From Promethearchaeota archaeon (GTDB lineage: Archaea; Asgardarchaeota; Lokiarchaeia; Sigyniarchaeales; SOKP01): a DNA stretch of 50,103 nucleotides. Below, piece after piece: positions 1 to 10,178 of the stretch. The stretch's first letter is position 1. Every line of letters starts with the position of its first letter. The DNA lies in the NCBI GenBank assembly GCA_016926735.1, contig JAFGOA010000105.1:1-50103 (forward strand), read 5' to 3'. The translations under genes and the position numbers were made by a program. The notes under the pieces are model-generated. The model searched no databases. It saw only the letters and a list, made by a program, of their open reading frames with translations, and was not told where the DNA came from.

Positions 1-909
1 TCATGATAATATTTTTCATTGGAATTATAGGAACTTCTTATATTTCTAAGAAAAGATTAATTTTTAACCCATAATCTAAAATCTTCTAATATTTTTTTTT
101 TAATAGATTAATCTAATTACCCCATTTAAAATTTAATTTTAATAGATAAAATAACTTCTATTTTGTGCTTTTATTTAATGATATTATAAACAGGAAATAT
201 CTCTTTCAATATCCATGATTCTCCAACTCATATATAATTTACTTATTTATTTTTTTGGTAATTTTAATATTAGATCAAACTCATTGTGTTAATATTTTTA
301 ATATAAAATTATCAAAACTAATGATAGAATTGTAACTAAAAATAAAAAAAATAACAAATAATTGAGGGTATTTTTGGTTTTTTCATTTTGATTAAAATTT
401 AAGTATTTCTAATTTTAAATCAACAACAATTTTGACTATATCACTTCTTTTATTGTCGGACGAATGGGATCACTACATTTTAAATGAAAATCGTCTATTT
501 GTCCATTTTTGATGAAAAAATTGCTGTTCTTAATCATTTTTGAACACACTTTTCTTTTCGACAGATTTTAAGGTGATACAGATGAGAATTTTGTCGTTCT
601 TATTTGATAGATCTTAAATTTTCGATTTATTATTTAAATTCTAAAATTCACTCAATTAATTTTAGACTTTTCTATTCTCCTTATATCACTTAGTTTTTCT
701 AAGAATTTAAATTATGATACTTAAAGAATAAAATCCAAATATTTTATAAGGGTATAAGGGGTACTTTTTAAACTTTTTTTGAAAAATTTATTCCTTCTGA
801 GAATTTTGATATTTAAATTATAGATTTGTTTTATTGAGTTGATAATTTCTGAAATGAATATAGAAAAAAAGAAAATCGAAAATTAAAAAATTTAAATAAA
901 ATATTAACA

Positions 910-1074
910 TTACTCTTCAAAGATTATAGAGGATATATAGCCTGCTGTTGGTGTATGATATTGATTAATAAATTGAATCTTGACATTGGAATGATTTGAA
1001 AACCAAGTATTAAGATCTGCATCAATATCCTTCGATTTTTTACTAACGATTATTTCACATCTCATTTTATACAT
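910..1074 (-). CDS. small hypothetical protein, Cse60/DUF2758-like
   Basis: Likely start MYKMRCEII at 1074; the upstream part of the 910..1218 ORF is low-complexity AT sequence. Beta-alpha-beta-beta pattern resembles Cse60-like small proteins. Confidence 0.45.
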   Translation of the reverse strand: MYKMRCEIIVSKKSKDIDADLNTWFSNHSNVKIQFINQYHTPTAGYISSIIFEE

Positions 1075-1440
1075 TGTTTTCTTTTTTTTTAAGTATTGAT
1101 TTATGATAAAGATATAAATTAACCTATGATATTTAAATATGATTTTTATCAAAATATCAGATATTTGTTGGTTAGAATTTATTAAAATAGAGATTATAAA
1201 ATATTCAATAAATTTCATTCCCTAATTCTTGATTATCTTTATGAAATAAAAGAATGAGATCGAATAATAGGTTTAATCAAATTTTATCATAAAAAAACAA
1301 GCTAAATTAGATGTATAACAACCAGATATTATATAATGAAAATTAATTTCTCAGAACTATTTCTTTTATAAATTTCATATTCTATATAATCACAAATCTA
1401 TCGATAATTATGATTTAAAAATAAGTAAAAAAAAAGGATT

Positions 1441-1818
1441 TTATTCTTGATATGGAAAAGATGTTATGATTCCAACATAAAATTGAGCAACAAGTAAAGA
1501 ATCCACAATATTAATCATTCCATCACCATTTACATCCGAATTTTCTAGATGAAATCCCTCAAGATTCCACCCAACATAATATTGGGCAATCATTAATGAG
1601 TCAACGATATTAATAATACCATCATTATTAGCATCACCCAAATTTAATGGTGGAACCCCAACAATTATTTGAAGCGTTTTTTCAGATGTTCCTCCGATAG
1701 AATCTGATACAATCATAGTAAAATTATGAACCCCCGGAGAAAGTTCTGAACGATTCACTAATATTTCTATAGGTATATTAGATATCCAAGCTCCTTCTTG
1801 AAAAAGGTCTCCATCCAC
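1441..1818 (-). pseudogene. C-terminal fragment: Ig-like segment plus type I dockerin domain
   Basis: Duplicated dockerin motifs GDANNDGIINIVDSLMIAQY / SDVNGDGMINIVDSLLVAQF; no signal peptide; overlaps the upstream ORF out of frame. Confidence 0.7.
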
Positions 1819-2684
1819 TTAAATTGAAATGCATCGATACAAAAAGTTACTGGAGTTCCACTTTCTAATAGACTTTTAATCAACTCAATTGTAGAATCTC
1901 CATTATAGGTTATAAAAGTATAGTCTAAAGGTTTATGATAGGGCGCTTCACGCCAAGCTGCTTCATTTCCCCATTTATCAATATTAGAATCATCATAGGG
2001 AAGATTAGAAAATGTACATACACCCCAATCCATTATTAATTCAGCATTATAAAACGGTATTGTTCCAAGATCTTCAGAAACTAATTTATTATAAGCCCAT
2101 GCTGGACTAAGTAAATAATCAAGATTTCCAGAGCTAGCGTCCCAACCATTATCTCTTGCTTCTAAATATCCATAAGCATAATAGGTATTAGCCCATGCTA
2201 CACATGATCCTTGTTTTCTTTGATCTCCTACGATAGGAAAATATATATCTTTTGAAAGATCTATAGAGGATGCATATGAAGTTTTTATTGAATTCCTTTC
2301 TATTACATTTTTAACAATAGTTTTTCCTTTTAATATATCCAAATCCTCTTTTAAAGGGATTCTATAACCAGTGCCATGACCATCAATGATAATAGGTTCA
2401 TGATCTCTTTCCGTTACAGTAGAATTAATTGAATACTTTAGAGACCCCAAATTTTTATCTGTAATTATTTCTGCAATATAATCTTGTCCATTTAAAGTAT
2501 ATATAAATTCATTTGAATTAATTAAATCATCCATATTTTTTTCCTTACCTAAAGGAACAGAAATTTCATTAGGATTAAGTAGGATTGAAAATAAATTAAA
2601 AGATACAATTATTGATATAGAAAAACAAATTAGTAAAAATAATGATCTGAATTTTATTGTAGTTGATTGTTTAATGTTTTTCAC
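1767..2684 (-). pseudogene. papain-family (C1A) cysteine protease, N-terminal part, truncated
   Basis: N-terminal TM/signal; QRKQGSCVAWA carries oxyanion Gln and catalytic Cys; LSPAWAYN motif; ends before any catalytic His/Asn motif. Confidence 0.75.
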
Positions 2685-2840
2685 ACTCTAATTTAATAAA
2701 TATTTATATTTAAAAAAGAGGAGTTATTATAATAATAGATCTGGTACGAAATTGAAATACATTATATTTGGTTTTTTTCTGACATAAAAGAGTAAAAATA
2801 ACTATTATTTGATTTTTCTACTATTTTTGATTAAATAGGT

Positions 2841-3479
2841 TCATTCTAAATTAAACTTATATTTTATTTTATCATAAACCATTAGATCCAAAAAATATAC
2901 AATATTTCTGGATTTTTGTTTTTTTATCAAAAGAGAATAATCTTCTAATTTTTCAATATATTTCTTTAGAGTATTGTAATGCATATTAAGTGCTTCAGCT
3001 AATCTAGTTTTTGAAATACCTTTATTTTCAGCTTTAAGGTAATTAATAATATCAATGCTTTTTCTTATATAATGATGTTTTTCAGCATCTATACTTCTAA
3101 CAAATGAACAATAATAAATTGCATGATTTTCTATCATCTTTTTTCTAATTAATTTAAATTTTCTTAAAATATTTAGATGCCAAACTAGCACTTGATTACA
3201 TATATTTAGGTTTCTTTTTAATTCATTAAAGAAAATACCCGGATAATCTTGTATATATTCATAAATCTCTTTTCTTTTTTCATTATTGAATATATTATCT
3301 CTGCTTAATGTTGAGCGCTCAACTATACAATTTTTCCTGATTAATGTTTTTAGAACAGTCTCAATTCCATTTAAATTAATATTAACGTCCATCAATTTAA
3401 ATCTTGAATGAATTAGAGACAATACCTTTTTCATTCTAAATTGTTTATTCTTATCAAGATATTTTTGAATAATATCCAA
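2841..3479 (-). CDS. tandem winged-helix transcriptional regulator
   Basis: RKEIYEYIQDYPGIFFNELKR...WHLNIL and a second wHTH (KTRLAEALNMHYNTLKKYIEKL). Frame is open upstream to a CTG at 3515. Confidence 0.8.
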   Translation of the reverse strand: MDIIQKYLDKNKQFRMKKVLSLIHSRFKLMDVNINLNGIETVLKTLIRKNCIVERSTLSRDNIFNNEKRKEIYEYIQDYPGIFFNELKRNLNICNQVLVWHLNILRKFKLIRKKMIENHAIYYCSFVRSIDAEKHHYIRKSIDIINYLKAENKGISKTRLAEALNMHYNTLKKYIEKLEDYSLLIKKQKSRNIVYFLDLMVYDKIKYKFNLE

Positions 3480-3540
3480 TATTATTTTTCTATTTTCTAT
3501 TAAATCATTATACAGTTAAGCATCAGCTCGAATTAATTTA

Positions 3541-5382
3541 TTATAAATCCATCATCTTTTCATTTATTTCTCTGATCATTTTACTTCGTTCTTTTGGTTT
3601 TAGAGAAGCTAATTCTCTTAGAAACTCAACTTTTTCATTATAATCCCATCTAAGTTTATCAATATTATCAATAAAACTTTCATTAAAAGCAGTCCAATTT
3701 AATCCTTTCTTATCTATAAGATATTCTATTAAATTTTCTTTTTTACAAAGTTCTAACAATTCATTATGATTGTATGAATCACCAATAGACATATCCTTTA
3801 TTTTGTTCATTTTCCCACTTAAAGAGACTCTGAACCTTCCTTTTTTAAATATAAAATATATTATAATTGTTGTTAGACCACCTAACCCTATTCCTATACC
3901 TATAATTAATAAAAAATCATTTTGAAAAATATTTTTATCTTGAATGAGTAAAATATACATTATCTCTGAATCAATACCCCATATACCATCTGTATTATCA
4001 TCCCAAACAATATGAACATTATCATAATTATCTATGAAAATTTCAGGATAAGCACTAAAGCCATTATTCCAATCAGTCACATCATCAGAAATTATAGTAA
4101 TATTTGAACACCACTCACTCTCTACGTATGAAACATACATTATTTCTGAGTCTACACCCCATATACCATCTGTATGATCCTCCCATACAACATGTATTCT
4201 TCCAAAGCTATCGATAGCAATAGAAGGATCGATGCTAGTGTCGTTATTCCAATATTCTCCATTATATCCATCAGATATGATGGTAGCATTTGACCAAGAT
4301 ATTCCATCTGTAGATGATGCATACATTATTTCTGTGTCTACACCCCATATACCATCTGTATAATCTTCCCACACAACATGAATCTTTCCAGAAGTATCAA
4401 TCTTAATGGAAGGATCTGCGCTAGTGTCGTTATTCCAATATTCACCATTAAAGCCATCAGATATGATGGTAGCATTCGACCAAGAGATTCCATCTGTAGA
4501 TGAAGCATACATAATTTCCGTATCAAATAATCCTCCGCCCCAGAATCCTATTGTATCATCTTCCCATACAACATATATCTTACCAGAACCATCAACTGTG
4601 ATTGAAGGATCATAACTGGATCCATTATTCCAATTAGTTATATCATCAGAAATAACTATGGGATTTGTCCATTCTACCCCATTTATAGAAGAGATATACA
4701 TTATTTCAGGATCTGTTCCCCATATACCATTAGTATAATCTAACCATACAACATGTATCTTTCCAGAAGTATCGAGTGCAATTTTAGGAGAAACACTATT
4801 ATCATTATTCCAATTTGTCTCATTGTCAGAGAGAATAGTAATATTTGACCACCCTATACTCTCTGTATAGGATACATACATTATTTCTGAATCTACACCC
4901 CATATACCATTTGTATAATCCTCCCATACAACATGTATCTTACCAGAAGGATCAACCCCAATGGAAGGAGAAGAACTTGTATCGTTATTCCAATATTCAC
5001 TATTATATCCATCAGAAATCACTGTAACGTTTGACCAACCGAATCCCTTTGTATAAGAACAATACATAATTTCTGTATCAAAGGGAGCTTCTCCCCAAAT
5101 ACCCTCTGTAAAATCTTCCCATACAATGTGTATCTTTCCTGAATTTTCCACCACAATCGAAGGAGTGGTACTAGTATTATTATTCCAATATTTTTCCATA
5201 AAACCATCTGAGACGATAGATATATTCATCATTCTCATACTATTCAGATTTATATTATGTAAATTCATACTGTTATTTTGATCAGATAAATTTAATAAAT
5301 GAAATTGACAGAATGGTATAAGCAACAAAATCATCAGAAATGCTTTTTTAATTATTTTGGATCCCAACATTTTTTGCATCAA
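3541..5382 (-). CDS. membrane-anchored 7-repeat beta-propeller-like surface protein with cytoplasmic C-terminal domain
   Basis: Signal peptide, seven ~62-aa repeats (SI..D.SGKIHVVWED.T.GIWG.D.EIMY), one TM (LLIIGIGIGLGGLTTIIIYFIF-KK), ~100-aa charged tail. Confidence 0.8.
   Translation of the reverse strand: MMQKMLGSKIIKKAFLMILLLIPFCQFHLLNLSDQNNSMNLHNINLNSMRMMNISIVSDGFMEKYWNNNTSTTPSIVVENSGKIHIVWEDFTEGIWGEAPFDTEIMYCSYTKGFGWSNVTVISDGYNSEYWNNDTSSSPSIGVDPSGKIHVVWEDYTNGIWGVDSEIMYVSYTESIGWSNITILSDNETNWNNDNSVSPKIALDTSGKIHVVWLDYTNGIWGTDPEIMYISSINGVEWTNPIVISDDITNWNNGSSYDPSITVDGSGKIYVVWEDDTIGFWGGGLFDTEIMYASSTDGISWSNATIISDGFNGEYWNNDTSADPSIKIDTSGKIHVVWEDYTDGIWGVDTEIMYASSTDGISWSNATIISDGYNGEYWNNDTSIDPSIAIDSFGRIHVVWEDHTDGIWGVDSEIMYVSYVESEWCSNITIISDDVTDWNNGFSAYPEIFIDNYDNVHIVWDDNTDGIWGIDSEIMYILLIQDKNIFQNDFLLIIGIGIGLGGLTTIIIYFIFKKGRFRVSLSGKMNKIKDMSIGDSYNHNELLELCKKENLIEYLIDKKGLNWTAFNESFIDNIDKLRWDYNEKVEFLRELASLKPKERSKMIREINEKMMDL
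4141..4515. repeat. two highly similar 186-bp tandem coding repeats
   Basis: tctacaccccatataccatctgta recurs at 4151 and 4337 (period 186); YASSTDGISWSNATIISDG is identical in both units. Confidence 0.85.
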
Positions 5383-5674
5383 GTATGTAATAATTAGGTT
5401 AATATTATTTTAATTTTTAAATGATCTTTTAATAGATAGCATTATATAAATCTACTAATTTACCTAAAGTTGAAATTATAAATATATTCTTTTTAACAAT
5501 TATTATCGACCATCTTCTAGGTATTAAAATAAAAATTACCTTATATATAGGTCTAGTACAAAACTGAAATATGAACTAAAAGTGATCCATAGGTTGTATG
5601 TAGTTTACCTTATAATCCTATTTATATCATTTAAAATTATTCAGAGTTCTTTTATATATAATTATTTCTATTAT

Positions 5675-6070
5675 TCATTTCCATAACTCTGAATTGTGGG
5701 TGTCTTTAACATTTATCTCTCTGAATTTTAAAAATTCTTCTGATGCATCTTCTTTTGATAGCATTTTTAATCCAAGAGCCTTCTTTAATTCCATATTACC
5801 TTCTCTATCATTTTTAATAAGAAAATTCGAACCGTAAACTTGTCTGAAGATACTGGTTAAAACTTTATCTTTCTTACCTTTTTTATCGAAAATTTTCTTT
5901 AGTTCTAAGTTTAATTTGGAGATACATCCAGGGCATACAGCTTTATCACTGCATTTACTACATACAAATTCCCCACACACTTTACACATAGGAATATGAT
6001 CATTAGATTTTTTAGTCTTTAGACAATATGGACAATTATATGAATAATTTACAACTTTAATCGTTGGCAT
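5675..6070 (-). CDS. zinc-finger protein with four CxxC pairs
   Basis: CPYC, CKVC, CSKC, CPGC in the N-terminal half. Confidence 0.65.
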   Translation of the reverse strand: MPTIKVVNYSYNCPYCLKTKKSNDHIPMCKVCGEFVCSKCSDKAVCPGCISKLNLELKKIFDKKGKKDKVLTSIFRQVYGSNFLIKNDREGNMELKKALGLKMLSKEDASEEFLKFREINVKDTHNSELWK

Positions 6071-6263
6071 AATATTTCTTAAATTATATTATTCAATTAT
6101 AATTATTTATATATTGTATTTAGCTTTAAAAAGATTTAGGGTTCATTTTAGAATTTTAATAATTTACTTCCACCTTTCGATTATGATTTTTTATCATATT
6201 GACAAAACTAAAATAAAATTTGGACTAGATCAGTTTAAATAATCATTCTTTATTATTAATTTT

Positions 6264-6833
6264 ATGTCAAAAAAAATATTAATAGTATATGGCTCTCGTT
6301 GGGGCAGTACGGAAGAAATTTCAAATAAATTAAAACAACAATTGGAAGAAAAAAAATATGAAGTTGATATAATAGATTTAAAATCAAAACAAAAACAAAT
6401 ATCAAATTTTAATGATTATTCAGGAATCCTAATAGGAACTGGTATTTCTATTGGTAAATGGACAAAACACGTTAAGAAATTTGTAACAAAAAATATGAAT
6501 GTAATTAATAATAACAAGAATTTCATAGTAGGAATTTTCTTAAGTTCGGGCTTGGCCTCAGAACAAGAAAAAAGGGATGAGGCTATTGAAAAATTTATAC
6601 TAAATAAATTTGAGAAAATGGGTATAAATTTAGGAGATAATATCATGTATGATGCTTTTGGTGGAGTATACGATCTATCTGAAACAACAAAGTTAAGCGG
6701 ATTAATGCAAAAAATGCTAAAGATGGCAGGTAAAGAAGATCCAGAACATATTGTTGTAGGTGAAAGAAAAGATTTTCGTGATTGGGATCAAATTAATAAT
6801 TTTCTTGAAAAATTTGTTTCTAAAATTCAATAA
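6264..6833 (+). CDS. flavodoxin-domain protein (HemG/Flavodoxin_5-like)
   Basis: ILIVYGSRWGSTEEI FMN loop, AFGG motif, C-terminal DFRDWDQI. Confidence 0.85.
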   Translation: MSKKILIVYGSRWGSTEEISNKLKQQLEEKKYEVDIIDLKSKQKQISNFNDYSGILIGTGISIGKWTKHVKKFVTKNMNVINNNKNFIVGIFLSSGLASEQEKRDEAIEKFILNKFEKMGINLGDNIMYDAFGGVYDLSETTKLSGLMQKMLKMAGKEDPEHIVVGERKDFRDWDQINNFLEKFVSKIQ

Positions 6834-6926
6834 TTCGTAATGTAAAAGAAGATGGTATATTTTAGAGAAAATTTCGAGTAAATTTATGATAAAAGAAAAT
6901 GAAATTGCTATTCTATAATTGAATAA

Positions 6927-7031
6927 TGGGCCTGGCAGGATTCGAACCTGCGACATCGGGTTCTATAGAATATCTCTATAAAAAATCCCAGTCCGAAGCC
7001 GGGTACCCTATCCAGACTAGATTACAAGCCC
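6927..7031 (-). tRNA. tRNA-Arg(TCG) with a 30-nt intron at position 45/46 (intron 6955..6984)
   Basis: Acceptor GGGCTTG/CAGGCCC; anticodon arm CCCGG-CTTCGGA-CTGGG; T arm GCAGG-TTCGAAT-CCTGC; removing the insert restores variable loop ATGTC. Confidence 0.9.
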
Positions 7032-7236
7032 ATGAGTTTAGTTAATAAGTATTTATTATTAAAACAAACTAGGATCTATAATTATAAGATACCTTATCTC
7101 TAAAAAATTTATTGGAAAAAAAGGAATTTTTTGTACTAAACTAATCAAACCTAAAAAGAGATAAAATTTTTATATTTTATTTTATTTCTTATCATACTAT
7201 TGTAATTGAAAAAATCATTTTTACAATAAATACTCT

Positions 7237-7341
7237 GCCCACATAGTGTAGCCCGGTCCAGCATTCGGGACTGTCACTCCTGCGACGCGGGTTCAAAACA
7301 ATATGTATTTTCTACATGTGATGAGAATCCCGCTGTGGGCG
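7237..7341 (+). tRNA. tRNA-Asp(GTC) with a 30-nt intron at position 59/60 (intron 7298..7327)
   Basis: Acceptor GCCCACA/TGTGGGC; anticodon arm CGGGA-CTGTCAC-TCCTG; removing the insert restores T arm GCGGG-TTCAAAT-CCCGC. Confidence 0.92.
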
Positions 7342-7408
7342 TTTTATAAGTAAAATCTTTTTTATTTATCTGTTATTTTAAAATTCTTTAAAAAAAAAAA
7401 AGGATGAT

Positions 7409-8233
7409 TTAATTATTAATTTTAAATCTTTTTTTATACATTATCAAAGTTATTCCTATTGAGAAAATGCCTAATCCTATGAGTATATTCATATCATATC
7501 CAGGTATTCCTCCACTTTGGTTTGGAGTCAACCCAATAGCATTACCTAAAATTATAGAAGCCTCAGTTATCACATCAAAAAAATCAATACCCATAAGAAC
7601 AATATGTCCTTTACCCATTGATTTATGTATAATAACGGGATTTGAGTTATATTCCACAACTGATCTAATTTCATTTGTAACATAACAATTTGAACCATTA
7701 GGTAGAGTAAAATTTCCATTAATACCTATTGTAAGAGGACTATTTTGATTTATATAAGTTGTATCCTCATCTGTGCAATCAACATAATCCATAATTATCA
7801 TTAATTCTGATGAATTATATATGTTATACGTCTCTCCACCATAATCTAATAAAATAACAATTCCACCACTATTTATAAAACTCTTAAGCGTGTTTGACCA
7901 ATTAAGTCCAATTGTCTGACATGTTGAGAAATCAGAGTCTTCTTGTTCGGGAATAAGAAAAATATCTATTCCAGATAATTGCATTGTTAAATTTGTATAA
8001 TCTGTAAGATATTCATAATTACATTCACCCTAAGTCTGGTTAATAGCATCTAATGTATTAGGAAGTTCACGCGACAGATCAGTATATTGGGTATAAACTA
8101 AAATATTTTTAGGAGCTGCTGTTTTAAGCATTTTACCCGAATTAGTAAATAAAGGATTTATTAGAAAACCAATAGACATCAAACATAAAAATATTGAAAT
8201 TATCAGAAATTTGTAATTTTTTTTTTCTTTCAT
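7409..8233 (-). pseudogene. Loki-CTERM surface protein (GATase-like/DUF4350-like domain) interrupted by an in-frame TAG at 8030..8032
   Basis: The two ORFs are in the same frame: ...AINQT-TAG-GECNYEYLTDYTNLT-MQLSG...; signal peptide at start; GGIPGYD + TM + KKRFK at end. Confidence 0.75.
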
Positions 8234-8452
8234 AAAATTTAATCCTCTATTGTAAGAATAAAATTCTTAATAATAATTATAGAGTCTAGATTATTTAAAT
8301 TATTTGAGGTCTAATTTTGTACAATTTTATTTTAAATATAAAAAATAAATTATGGTCTTTTAGGAATCAAGTAATCCAAGAAAAAGAAAAAATAAGTTTT
8401 TATCTTTAACGTATATTATATTTCCTTATTTGTTAAAATTAAAGAAGATTTA

Positions 8453-9691
8453 CTATAGATTGAATTTAATCTTTTTATTGATAAAAAAAAAAATAGTAAG
8501 ACCAAATCCTAAGATCAACACAAAAAGGAGATAAAACATAATGTCAATTTGAATATCAATAAAAAACCCAGAGATTATTGTTGATAAAAGAAAGTTAAAT
8601 CCTATAAAACCCTCAAAATTTGAAGAATATCTTGAAGTGTTATTTTTCAAATTAAGGTTTAAAATCAGTTTTAATGCCATTCCATAAATAAATCCTATAC
8701 AACATCCTATGAAGATTAAAAGAATAATAAATATAATATAATTTGAATTTAAACCCATAAAAAGAAATAAAGCACCTAAAATAGGGATTGATAAAGTATT
8801 ATATTTTTTAAGAGATTTAAGGGAAAGAAAACTTATCAAAGTCATTGATATACATTGTGATATTGATAAGAAGAAATTTGCTAAATAAATTAAATATATT
8901 TGAAAATCCAATAATTCCGATTTTAATGGAAATATTATATTAATAACACCTCGAGTGAAGCAAAAAATTATAATAAGCAAAATAGGATATAGTATAGGGA
9001 AATCCATCATATTAAATTCATGTTGTTCATCATTTTGGATGTTTTCAATATTCAAAATTTGTTTATTATTTTGATGTTTTTGATGAACAATTGATTCACC
9101 TGTATTCATATGATTATTAACTTTACTGGGCTCTCGAAATAATAATATCGAAATAATAACATTAAAAATAATAAAAACTGGAGAAATAACAAATAAAAAG
9201 GATATATCATAGATATTTAGAGAAATTATAGCTCCAAATATAAATCCAAAAACGGCTCCCATATTCCATGCTAGATTGTAGAGGACAGTTAGTTTTTTAT
9301 GATCATGAAAAATATTATCAGAAATACTAGATTGAATATTTGTCCAAAAAAAACCTATAAAAAAACCCTCTATCATTCTCGCTATTAAAAAGAAAAGCGG
9401 ATTCAAACTAATAAAATATGTTAATTGAGCACCTAAAGTACCTCCCATTGCAATAATTATACTAGTTTTTCTTTTCCATCTTTGAGATATTTTATTTAGC
9501 AATCGAGGGGAAAAAATATATGTAATAGTAAAACCGGAAGATATAATGGCTATATATATGGAAGCAATACCTAACCTATCATAATAAATAGGAATGACTA
9601 ATCCAAGGATATTTACATTAGCAAGATAATTAAATGCTAATAAAAAAACTGGCCAAAATCGCCATTTATCGATTCTTTTAATTTTATTCAT
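8453..9691 (-). CDS. MFS transporter
   Basis: About 12 hydrophobic segments in two halves with a central hydrophilic loop; ARMIEG motif. Confidence 0.85.
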   Translation of the reverse strand: MNKIKRIDKWRFWPVFLLAFNYLANVNILGLVIPIYYDRLGIASIYIAIISSGFTITYIFSPRLLNKISQRWKRKTSIIIAMGGTLGAQLTYFISLNPLFFLIARMIEGFFIGFFWTNIQSSISDNIFHDHKKLTVLYNLAWNMGAVFGFIFGAIISLNIYDISFLFVISPVFIIFNVIISILLFREPSKVNNHMNTGESIVHQKHQNNKQILNIENIQNDEQHEFNMMDFPILYPILLIIIFCFTRGVINIIFPLKSELLDFQIYLIYLANFFLSISQCISMTLISFLSLKSLKKYNTLSIPILGALFLFMGLNSNYIIFIILLIFIGCCIGFIYGMALKLILNLNLKNNTSRYSSNFEGFIGFNFLLSTIISGFFIDIQIDIMFYLLFVLILGFGLTIFFFINKKIKFNL

Positions 9692-10178
9692 AAATTTCTA
9701 TTTATTACTTAATTAAATTGATTATTATTTAATCAAAATGTAAGAGAGAAATAAAATCTTCCGTTTTTTTTACAATAAATTATAAATAAAAGAAGAAGAA
9801 GATAGAGTGGAGTTATTTATTCAATATATTATAGTATTATAAATCCAGTTGGAATAGTTGTATTTATATCTATATTATAATAATAAGATTAATACTTATC
9901 AAAGATTTGAAAATTTCTTTTATCAAAATCAAAAAAGATTTATTTATATGAAATTTTTATTTAAAATTAAGAAATATATTAGTGTATTTTGAGAATAAAC
10001 GATAAAAAGGATATATTATACCTATTTTTTAAATTTAATTAATAAATTTTATGATCTTTAATTGATCCTTTAAATACTGATAATTAAAAGGTTTTTATAT
10101 ATTCTTAAACTATTATAAATTACGATCAAGTTACATGATATTGATTGTAAAATATTGCTAAATAGGTAGAAGTTTAAA

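Noticed and set aside
1-909. AT-rich region with ATAAGGG direct repeats (about 747-762) as a replication origin
   Set aside because: No clear ORB repeats or cdc6/orc1 visible; only short uninformative ORFs.
4338-5207. Short ORFs 4338..4526, 4406..4615, 4845..5027 and 5019..5207
   Set aside because: Shadow frames within the repeat protein gene; no motifs.
3950-5230. Regularly spaced repeats as a possible CRISPR array or DGR
   Set aside because: The period is about 186 bp in frame and the units are degenerate protein repeats; no spacers, cas or RT genes.
6416-6956. ORFs 6416..6646 and 6717..6956
   Set aside because: Antisense to the flavodoxin gene; the second starts inside the tRNA-Arg gene.
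6955-6992. Canonical 37/38 intron in tRNA-Arg
   Set aside because: The anticodon stem CCCGG/CTGGG is already complete; only removal at 45/46 gives a proper cloverleaf and bulge geometry.
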